A stretch of 64,000 nucleotides of DNA from Lama guanicoe. Its lineage: Eukaryota. Below the pieces are notes generated by a model. The model saw only the letters and a list, made by a program, of their open reading frames with translations, was not told the DNA's origin and did not search any database. The stretch spans positions 7,274,174 through 7,338,173 of the forward strand of contig MU054001.1 of assembly GCA_013239625.1 (NCBI GenBank). Reading direction: 5' to 3'. The position numbers and the translations under genes were made by a program. The stretch's first letter is position 1. Each line of letters starts with the position of its first letter. Shown here piece after piece: positions 12,210 through 22,500 of the stretch.

Positions 12210-13313
12210 GTGTTGTCCTGGAGACTGTGTGCTCTTAATGAGAAGTCTGTCTTTGCCCTGTTTCGCGAGCTCCGCTTGTTGTTTCCCGAGGCCCTCCACT
12301 GGTGTCCTTGTCTGTGCTGCTCCCAGTGCCTGTTGGCAAGAAGATCGCGCCCTCTTCCAGCACAGCGTTCCTGCCAGAAAGGCGGGGAGCCACCCGCCTT
12401 CTCCTGGCGCAGGTTGCTCCGCGGCTCAGTGCTGCTCCGCAGGCGGCCCCGGGAAGACTGTGGAACAGCCCCACCCCTGCTCCGTGTCCAAACTCAGTTC
12501 CTTGTTTGTTCTGAGGGCGCGAACTTTGTGAGGCACCAGGGCGGAAGGATCCTATCTGATTGGGCTGCAAACAAGTCACTGGCCTCTGAGGCCAGGCCTC
12601 CAGGCACGGACTCAGGTTTCACTACCGCCCCAACCTGGGTGCCAAGCGCTGGAGGATATGGCAGCTGCGCTTGAGCCCCGCCCCTCTTCACCGAAAACTT
12701 TCCCTGGGTTTATATATCCTGAGATGGGGATATGCACCCTTTCCCCCAGGGCACATCAGCCCTGCTGTTTCATGGAGGGCCCAGGTTGTTCTATCCTGTG
12801 CACCCACTCATCCACGTTGTGTAGCCCCCTGTTGTCCCCTGGGGCTGCCTCAGTGCAGCCATACCCGTCCTCTGCCTGGCTCGGGCAGCCTGTCCCAGCT
12901 CCCAGCTCCTGGCTCAGATCTTGGGCTGGGTGTCACAGGGGCCCTCTATGCCCATTCAACCCAGTTCTGTTAGTCAAGGACTGCTCCATACAGATCCGAA
13001 CCTCAGAGGCTCCCCCTCCATTCTGCTGGCCTCTCTGTTGGAGAGGGGGAGACCCAACGAACGGGCGCCAGTCCTCCTTTGCCGCTCCCTCCCCGCGGGA
13101 CCGATCCCACACAGTTTTGCCTTTTCATCTTCCTTTTTTTCCCCTTTTTCCTACCAGATTTTTGGTGTCTTTGTCTTTTGAAGAGGACAATGTTCTGTCA
13201 GAGTTCTGCAGGTGCTCTGGTTGGCTGAGTGGGTCTGTAGATGTGAGTCTTGGTGTATCTGTGGGAGAAAGTGACCTACGTGCGTCCTACTATTCCACCA
13301 TCTTGACCTCCTC
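12210..13313 (-). promoter_or_regulatory. CpG-rich L1 internal promoter region
   Basis: Dense CpGs at 12260-12700 against a CpG-depleted background. YY1-like motif at the 5' terminus and an antisense GATATGGCAGC at ~12655. Confidence 0.7.
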
Positions 13314-15672
13314 CTCTTCATGTCTCTTATTATCAATACCTTCTATTCCAGCAAGGAAATTTTTCTATGGGAGTTGATAAGTAGTGCTTCTTATGCCTTG
13401 GACAAGATTTGTTATGAAAGCCTGACAGACCCTTCCAAACTGGACAGTGGTAAACAGCTAAAAATTGACATCATCTCCAACCCCCAGGAGTGCACCCTGA
13501 CTATAATAGACATGGAAATTGGCATGACCAAAGCTGATCTCATAAATAACTTGGGAAGAATTGCCAAGTCTGGTACTAAAGCATTTATGGAAGCTCTCCA
13601 GGCTGGTGCAGACATTTCCATGATTGGGCAGTTTGGTGTTGGCTTCTATTCTTCCTACCTAGTGGCAGAGAAAGTGGTTGTGATCACGAAACACAATGAT
13701 GATGAACAGTATGCCTGGGAGGCTTCTGGGAGTTCCTTCACTGTATGTGCTGACCACGGTGAGCCTGTTTGCCGGGGTACCAAAGTGATTATCCACCTTA
13801 AGGAAGACCAGACAGAGTACTTAGAAGAGAGGTGGGTCAAAGAAATGGTGAAGAAACACTCACAGTTCATAGGCTATCCTATCACACTCTATCTGGAGAA
13901 GGAACATGAGAAAGAAATCAGTGACAATGAGGCAGAGGAAGAGAAAGGTGGGAAAAAAGAAGGTAAATATTATTTGGAGAAGCCCAAGACTGAAGACGTT
14001 GGCTCAGGTGAGGAGGAGGATAGTGGCAAGGATAAGAAAAAGAAAACAAAGAAGTTTAAGGAGAAATACATTGATCAGGAAGATCTGAACAAGACCAAAC
14101 CCATTTGGACCAGAAACTCTGATAGCATCTGACCCAGCAGGAATACAGAGAGTTCTACAAGAGGCTTACCAGTGACTGAGAAGATCACTTGGCAGTCAAG
14201 CCTTCTCTCTGGGAGGTCAGTTGGAGTTCAGAGCACTGCTATTCATCCCCCATCAGGCTCCTTTTGACCTCTTTGAGAACAAGAAGAAAAAGAACAACAT
14301 CAAACTCTATGTCCATCACATGTTCATCATGGACAGCTGTGATGAGTTAATACCCGAATACCTCAATTTCATCTGTGATGTGGTTGACTCTGAAGACCTT
14401 CCCCTGAACGTCTCCTAAGAAATGCTCCAGCAGAGCAAAATCTTGATGGTTATTCATAATAACATTGTTAAGATGTGTCTTGAGCTCTTCTCTGAGCTGG
14501 CAGAAAACAAGGAGAACTATAAGAAATTCTAAGAGACATTCTCTAAAAACCTGAAGCTTGGAATCCATGAGGACTCCACTAATCGGTGATGCCTTTCTGA
14601 GCTGCTGCACTATCACACCTCCCAGTCTGGAGACAAGATGACTTCTCTTTCAGAGTACATCTCTAGCGTGAAGGAGACCTGGAAGTCCATCCATTATATC
14701 ACTGGTGAGAGCAAAGAGCAAGTTGCCAAGTCTGCTTTTGTGGAGTGAGTACAGAAGTGGGGCTTCAAAGTGGTGTACATGATGGAGCCTACTGATGAGC
14801 CTCTGTGTGCAGCAGCTGGAGTTTGATGGGAAGAACCTGATCTCTGTTACCAAGGAGGGTCTGGAGCTACCTGAGGATGAAGAGAAGAAGAAAGTGGAGG
14901 AGAGTGAGGCCAAGTTTGAGAACCTTTGTAAACTTATGAAAGAAATCTTGGGTAAGAATGTGGAGAAGGTGACAATCTCAAATAGGCTCGTGTTTTCACC
15001 CTGCTGCATTGTGACTAGCACCTATGGCTGGACTGCCATCATGCATCATGAAAGCCCAGGCACTTCAGGACAACTTGACCATGGGCTATATGATGGCCAT
15101 AAAACACCTGGAGATCAGCCTCGACTACCCCATCATGGAGACTCTGAGGCAGAAGGTGGAGGTGGACAAGAATGCCAAAGTCATCAAGGACCTAGTGGTA
15201 CTGCTATTTGAAACTACCCTACTCTCTTCTAGCTTTTCACTTGAGGATCCGCAAACCCACTCAAACCGCATCTACCGCATGATCAAGCTAGGCCTGGGCA
15301 TTGATGAAGACGAAGTGACAGCAGAGAAACCCAGTGCTGCTGTACCTGATGAGATTTCCCCCCGTTGAGGGTGATGAGGATGCCTCTTATATGGAAGAAG
15401 TAGATTAGGAGTTTTTAGCTGCAGATTTTGTCCCTTCTCTGGATAGTGTTTCCATGGCTCCCCCAGCTTCAGCCCTGTGTGGCTCTGGCCCATCTGGTTC
15501 CCTTTGCTGATGTTTAGTGGTTTTATTTCTGTCTTTCTAAGGCAGTATACAAGGGCCTCAAGCCCTGTCCCTTCCCAATTTGACATAGGGTTTTGATGTT
15601 GTGTTGTGTTTGTTTTTGTTATGAAATTAAAGTATGCAAAATAAAGAAGATGCAGTTTTATACAGTTAAAAA
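13314..15672 (+). pseudogene. HSP90AB1: Processed HSP90AB1 pseudogene, main body
   Basis: Intronless. [65 protein letters not shown]; ends DEDASYMEEVD* at 15408. 3' UTR has AATAAA near 15640 and a short A-rich end. Multiple stops and frameshifts from 14130. Confidence 0.97.
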
Positions 15673-17363
15673 TAATGTTTTTTCTTTTCATTATTACCAC
15701 TTAAAATGTTTTTTTAATTGAGGTATAATTGACATACAACATTATATCAGTTTTGTGTGTACAACATAATGATTCAATATTTGTACATATTGCAAAATGA
15801 TCACCATAATAAGTCTAGTTAACATCTGCCACCATACATAGTTACAGATTTTTGTTTTAAATGAATATGACTTAAGATTTACTCTGTTAGCAACTTTCAA
15901 ATGTGCCATACAGTATTATTAACTAGAGTTGCCATGCAGTACATTATATCCCCATGAGCTATTTATTTTATAACTGGAAGTTTTTACCTTTTAACTCTCT
16001 TCACCAATTTTGCCTACCCCCACCCCTTGCATTTGGCAACAGCCAATCTATATTTATGAGTATTTTGTTTTTTAGATTTCACAGATAAGAGAGATCTATG
16101 GTATTTGTCTTTCTTTGTCTGACATTTTAATTAGCATAATGCCCTCTAGGTCTATCAATGTTGTTGCAAATGATAAGATTTCATTCTTTTTTATGGCTGA
16201 GTATTGTTTCATCTATATCTATATCTATCTATCTCTATATATCTATGTCTATGTCTACCTATCACATTTTCTTTATCCATTAATCCATCAGTGGACACTT
16301 AGGTTATTTCCATATCTTGGTTGTTGTAAATAATGCTGCAGTGAACATGGTAGTGCATGTATCTTTTCAAGTTAATGTTGTCTTTTATGTTTCAGATAAA
16401 TACCCAGAAATGGAATAGCAGGGTCATATGGTAGTTCTATTTTACATTTGTGAGGAAACTTCATACTTCTTTCCATATTGGCTGCATCAATTCACATTCC
16501 CACCAACAGTGAACAAATGTCTATATTTCTCCATATCCTCACCTGTACTTGTTATTTCTTGTCTTCTTGGTAATAGTCATTCTAAAGAGTGAGGTTTTGA
16601 TTTGCATTTCCTTGATGATTAGCAATGTTGAGTATCTTTTCATGTACCCTTTGGCTTTCTGAATGTGTTCTTGGAAGAATGTCTATTCAGATCCTCTGTT
16701 CATGGATCAGATGTTTGTTTGTTTGTTTCTTTCTTTCTTTCTTTCTGTTTTGCTTTTGAATTATATGTGTTCTTTATATATTTTATATATTAACTTATCA
16801 AATATATGATTTGTCAATTTTTTTCCTATTAAGAAGATTATCTTTTCCTTTTTTTAAATGATTTCCTTTACCATGTAGAAGCATTTTAGTGTGATGTAGT
16901 CCCAGTTGAATTTTTGCTTTTGTTGCCTTTGTTTTAAAAAAAAATCACTTAAGTATGCCAATACCATACTCTTTTAATTCCTATAATTTTGCAATATAGT
17001 TTGAAATCAGGGAGTGTGATGCCTCCAGTTTTGTTCTTCTTTCTCAAGATTACTTTGAGTATTTGAGATCTTTTGCAGTTTTATATAAATTTTAGACTGT
17101 TCTATTTCTGTGAAAAGTGCCTTTAGAAGTTTTATTTTTTGATAGAAAATGCACTGAATCTGTAGATTGCTTTGGGTAGAATGGAAATTTTAACAATATT
17201 AATTTCTCCAATCCATGAGTATGGGATATCTATCAATTTATTTGTATCTTCTTCAGTTCTTTTCATCAGTGTCTTATGGTTCAGTGTACAGGTCTTTCAC
17301 CTCCTTGGTTAAATTTATTTCTAAGTATTCTATTTTGATGCTATTATGAATGGGATTCTTTTC

Positions 17364-17552
17364 TTTTTTTTAAACATTTTTATTGATTTATAGTCATTTT
17401 ACAATGTTGTGTCAAATTCCAGTGTTCAGCACAATTTTTCAGTCATTCATGGACATATACACACTCATTGTCACATTTTTTTCTCTGTGAGTTTTCATAA
17501 CATTTTGTGTATATTTCCCTGTGCTATACAGTGTAATCTTGTTTATCTATTC
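17364..17552 (-). mobile_element. ~190-bp young L1 3'-end insertion in the old L1 ORF2
   Basis: Poly-T then the GTTCAGCACAATTTTTCAGTCA variant also seen at ~5570. No TSD; the host resumes at a TTCT microhomology. Confidence 0.9.
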
Positions 17553-17653
17553 TCTTTCTGATAGTTTGTTAGTAATATATAGAAACACAGCAGATTTTTG
17601 TATATTGATCTTATATCTTGCAACTCTAATGAAATAATTTGTTAGTTCTAATG

Positions 17654-17677
17654 TATGTGTGTGTGTGTGTGTGTGTG
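17654..17677. repeat. (TG)n microsatellite
   Basis: Directly visible. Confidence 0.95.
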
Positions 17678-18027
17678 TAATCTTTAGGGTTTTCCATATA
17701 TAATATCATGTCACCTGAAAATATTGACAGTTTTACTTCTTCTTTTCCAATTTGGATGCCTTTTACTTCTTTTTCTTGCCTGAATGTTCTGGTTAGGACT
17801 TCCACTACCATACTGAATAAAAGTGTTGAGAGAGGACAACATTGTCTTGTTCAGCTTTCAGCTTCACCATTGAGTATGATGTTAACTGTGGATTTGTCAT
17901 ATATGGACTTTATTATCATTAAAGTATGTTTCCTCTATATCTACTTTGTTGAGAGTTTTTTCTTAATCATAAATGGTAGTTGAATTTCATCAAATACTTT
18001 CTCTGCATCTATTGAGGTGATAATATA

Positions 18028-18966
18028 TTTTTTTATTGAAGTATAGTCCATTTACAATGTTGCATCAATTTTGGTGTACAGCACAATGTTTCAGTCATAT
18101 AGGAACATACATATATTCATTTTCAAATTCTTTTTACCATAAGTTACTATAAGATATGAATATAGTTTCCTGTGCTATACAGTATAAACTTGTTGTTTAT
18201 CCATTTTATGTATATTAGTATCTGCAAATATAGAACTCCCAATTTATCCCTTCCCATCCCCTTCCCCACTGGTAAAAATAAGTTTGTTTTCTATGTTTGT
18301 GCATCTGTTTTGGTTTTGTAATTAGTTCACTTGTCTCTCTCTGTCTCTCTTTTTTTAGTTTTCCACATATAAATGATATCATATGATATTTTTCTTTCAC
18401 TTTCTGTCTAACTTCACTTAAAATGACATTCTCCAGGAGGATCCATGTTGCTGCAAATGGTGTTATGTTGTCAATTTTTATGGCTGAGTTATATTCCATT
18501 GTATAAATATACCACATCTTCTTTATCCAGTCATCTGTTGATGGACATTTAGGCTGTTTCCATGTCTTGGCTATTGTAAATAGTGCTGTTGTGAACATTG
18601 GGGTGCATATATCTTTTTGAATTAAGGTTCCCTCTGGATATATGCCCAGGGGTGGGATTGCTGGGTCATATGGTAAGTCTATTTTTAGTTTTTTGAGGAA
18701 TCTCCATACATTTTCCATAATGACTGCACCAAACTGCGTTCCCACCAACAGTGTAGAAAGATTCCCATTTCTCCACACCCACTCCAGCATTTATCATTTG
18801 TGGACTTTTGAATCATGGCCATTCTGTTGGGTGTGAGGTGATACCTCATTGTAGTTTTGATTTGCATTTCTCTGATAATTAATGATATTGAGCAATTTTT
18901 CATGTGCCTATTGGCCATTCATATGTCTTCATTGGAAAATTCTTGTTTAGCATTTTTGGTTTGGGT
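18028..18966 (-). mobile_element. 5'-truncated L1 (~0.94 kb) nested in the old L1
   Basis: T tail, 3' UTR similar to the element at 1-1221, and ORF2 C-terminal ORFs 18215..18790 and 18685..18918. Host ORF2 resumes near 18967. Confidence 0.9.
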
Positions 18967-19409
18967 CTTATCTTCCATTTTGTTAATGTGGTGTATCACA
19001 TTGTTTTGTGGATGTTGAATCACCCTTGGATCCTGGAATAAATCCCACTAGATCTTAGTATATGATCCTTTTAATGTATTCTTTTTTAAATTTTTATTTT
19101 ATTGAGTTATTGTCAGTTAACAATGTTGTGTCAATTTCTAGTGTAAAGCGCAGTTTTTCAGTCATACGTGAACATATATATATTCATTGTCACATTCTTT
19201 TTCACCGTGAGCTACCACAAGATCTTGCATATATTTCCTTGTGCTATACAGTATAATTTTTAAAATCTATTCTATTTGTAGATACCTGTGAGTATCTACA
19301 AATTTTGAACTCCCAGTCTGTCCCTTCCCACCCCTCTCCCCTCTGGCAATCACAAGTTTGTATTCTATGTCTATGAGCCTGCTTTTGTTTTGTATATATG
19401 TTCATTTGT

Positions 19410-19548
19410 CTTTTTCTTTTCCTTCTCTTCTCCTTCCCCTTCCCTTTACCCTCCTTCTCCTTCCCCTTCTCCTTCCTCTCCTTCCTCTCCTCCTCCTTCT
19501 CCTTCAAATTCCCCTTCCCCACGTCCTCCTCCTCCACCTCCTCCTTCT
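19410..19548. repeat. Pyrimidine-rich (TCC/TTCC) low-complexity expansion in the L1 3' UTR
   Basis: Replaces the (TTTTG)n tract found at the equivalent position in other copies. Confidence 0.9.
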
Positions 19549-22500
19549 ATTCCACATATGAGTAATCTCATATGGTATTTTTCTTTCTCCTTCTGGCTTA
19601 CTTCACTTAGAATAACATTCTCCAGGAACACCCATGTTGCTGCAAATGGCATTATGTTGTCGGTTTTTATGGCAGAATAGTATTCCATTGTATAAATATA
19701 CCATAACTTCTTTAGCCAGTCATCTGTTGATGGACATTTAGGCTGTTTCCATGTCTTGGCTATTGTAAATAGGGCTGCTATGAACATTGGGGTGCATGTT
19801 TCTCTTTGAAGTAGGATTCCTTCTGGATATATGCCCAAGAGTAGGATTACTGTGTCATATGTTAAGTCTATTCCTAGTCTTTTGAGGAATCTCCACACTG
19901 TTTTCGACAGTGGCTGAACCAAACTTCATTTCCACCAACAGTGTAGGAGGGTTCCCTTTTTTTCACAGCATTTGTGATTTGGGGACTTTTGAATGATGGC
20001 CATTCTGATGGGTGTGAGGTGATACTTCATTGTAGTTTTGATTTCCATTTCTCTGATAATTAGTGATATTAAGCATTTTTTCATGTGCCTATTGATCGTT
20101 TGTATTTATTCCTTGGAGAATTGCTTGTTTAGGCCTTCTGCCCATTTTTGGCTTGGGTTGTTTGTTTTTTCCTATTAAGTCATATGACCTGCTTATATAT
20201 TCTGGAGATCAAGCCTTTTTCAGCTTCATCGTTTGCAAAAATTTTCTCCCATTCCATAGGTTGTCATTTTATTTTGCTTATGGTTTCCTTTGCTGTGAAG
20301 AAGCTTGTAAGTTTAATTACATCTGATTTGTTTACTCTTGCTTTTATTTCTGTTTCTTGAGTAGACTGTCCTAGGAGAACATTTTGAGATGTGTGTGAGA
20401 TAATGTTTTGCCTCCTTCTAGGAGGTTTATTGTATCTTGTCTTATGTTTAAGTCTTTGATCCATTTTGAGTTGATTTTTGTATGTGGTGTAAGGGAGTGT
20501 TCTAGCTTCATCACTTTACATGCTGCTGTCCAGTTTTACAAATACTTTTTGCTGAAGAGACTGTCTTTATTCCATTGTACATTCTTGCCTCCTTTGTCAA
20601 AGATTAATTGACCAAAGTTTGTGGGTTCACCTCTAGGCTCTCTATTCTGTTCCACTGGTCTATATGTCTATTTTTGTACCAATACCATGCTGTCTTGATG
20701 ACTGTAGCTCTATAATATTGTCTGAAGTCTGGGAGAGTTATCCCTCCAGCCTCTTTCTTTTTCTTCAGTAATGCTTTGGGAATTCTAGGTATTTTGTGGT
20801 TCCATATAAATTTTATTATGATTTGTTCTAGTTCTGTGAAACATGTACCGGGTAATTTGATAGGGATTGCATTAAATCTGTAGATTGCCTTGGGTAGTGT
20901 GACCATTTTAACAATATTGATTCTTCCAATCTAGGAGCATGAGATATCTTTCCATTTTAAAAATTCTTTAATTTCCTTCATCAATGGTTTATAATTCTCC
21001 ATGTATAAGTCTTTCATCTCTTTGGCTAAATTTATTCCTAGGTATTTTACTACTTTGGGTGCTATTTTAAAGGGGATTGTTTCTTTACTTTATTTTCCTA
21101 TTGATTCATTATTATTGAAAAGAAATGCAACTGATTTCTGAATGTTAATCTTGTAACCTGCTACCTTGCTGAATTCTTCTATTAGTTCTAGTAGTTTTTG
21201 CATGGACCTTTTAGGGTTCTCTATGTATAGTATCACGTCATCTGAATATAGTGACATTTATACTCTTCTTTTCCAATTTGGATCCCTTTTATTTCTCTCT
21301 CTTGCCTGATTGTTGTGGCTGGGACTTCCAAGACTATGTTGAATAGGAGTGGTGAGAGTGGACAGCCTTGTCTTGTTCCCTATTTTAGTGGGAAGGTTTT
21401 GAGTTTTTCACCATTGAGTACTATGCTGGCTGTAGGTTTGTCATCTATAGCTTTTATTATGTTGAGATATGTTCCCTCTATAGCCACTTTGGTGAGAGAT
21501 TTTATCATAAATGGGTGTTGAATTTTATCAAATGCTTTTCCTGAATCTATTGAGATGATTATGTGGTTTTTGTCCTTTCTCTTGTTGATATGATGTACTA
21601 CCTTGATTGATTTGCATATTTTGACACGTCCTTGTTTCCCTGGAATGAACCCAACTTTATCATGGTGTATAACCTTTTTAATGTGCTATTGGAATCTATT
21701 TGCTGATATTTTGGTAAGGATTTTTGTGTCTATGTTCATCAGTGATTTGGTCTGTAATTCTCTTTTTTTGGTAGTGTCTTTGCCTGATTTTGGTATTAGG
21801 GTGATGCTGTATTTATAGTATAAGTTTGGGAGTATTCCTTCCTTTTAAATCCTCTGGAAGAGTTTGGGAAGGTCCGATATGAGTTCTTCTTTGTATGTTT
21901 GGTAGAATTCCCCAGTGAAGCCGTCCGGTCCTGGAATTTTATTTGTAGGGAGGTTTTTTTTATTCCTAATTCTATTTCATTTCTAGTGATCCATTTGTTC
22001 AAGTGATCAGTTTCTTCTTGATTCAGACTTGGTGGACTTATATTTCCAGAAACTTGTCCATCCTCTCTAGGTTATACATTCTGTTTCCATATAGTTGTTC
22101 ATAATATTCTTGTATGATATTTTGTATTTCTGTGTTAATGGTTGTAATCTCTCCATTTTCCTTTCTTATTTTGCTTATTTGAACTGTCTCTTTTCTCTTC
22201 TTCATGAACTTGGCCAGAGATTTGTCAATTTTGTTTATCCTTTCAAAAAACCAGCTCTTCAGTTGATTGATTTTTTTCTACTGTTTTAAAATCTCTATAT
22301 TATTTATTTCCTCCCTGATCTTTATTATTTCCTTCCTTCTGCTGCCTTTTGGGGTTTTTTGCTCTTCTTTTTCTAATTCTTTTAGCTGGTGAGTTAGACT
22401 GTTTATTTGAGATTATTATTCTTTTTTTCAGGAAGTCCTGTATCTCTATAAACTTTCTTCTTAGCACTGCCTTTGCTGTGTCCCATGAATTTTGTATGGT

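Larger units (their letters stand above)
5491..13313 (-). mobile_element. Full-length LINE-1 (probably chimeric) with ~2.4-kb 5' UTR
   Basis: Poly-T tail from 5491, 3' UTR, ORF2, ~380-bp inter-ORF, ORF1, A-rich tandem region and GC-rich 5' UTR ending in a YY1-like CAAGATGGTGG (minus strand, ~13295-13305). The 4649-13313 block is bounded by a degraded TSD, CTTTTCTTATCTCTT / CTCTTCATGTCTCTT. Confidence 0.95.

Noticed and set aside
5491..13313. Retrotransposition-competent L1
   Set aside because: Both ORF1 and ORF2 are interrupted.
13320..15408. Functional HSP90AB1 gene
   Set aside because: No introns, multiple stops and frameshifts, altered ATP-binding motifs and an L1 insertion.
19244..19922. 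Gly/Glu-rich extension of ORF2 and Pro/Ser-rich ORFs
   Set aside because: Caused by a low-complexity expansion over the stop codon of an already broken ORF2.
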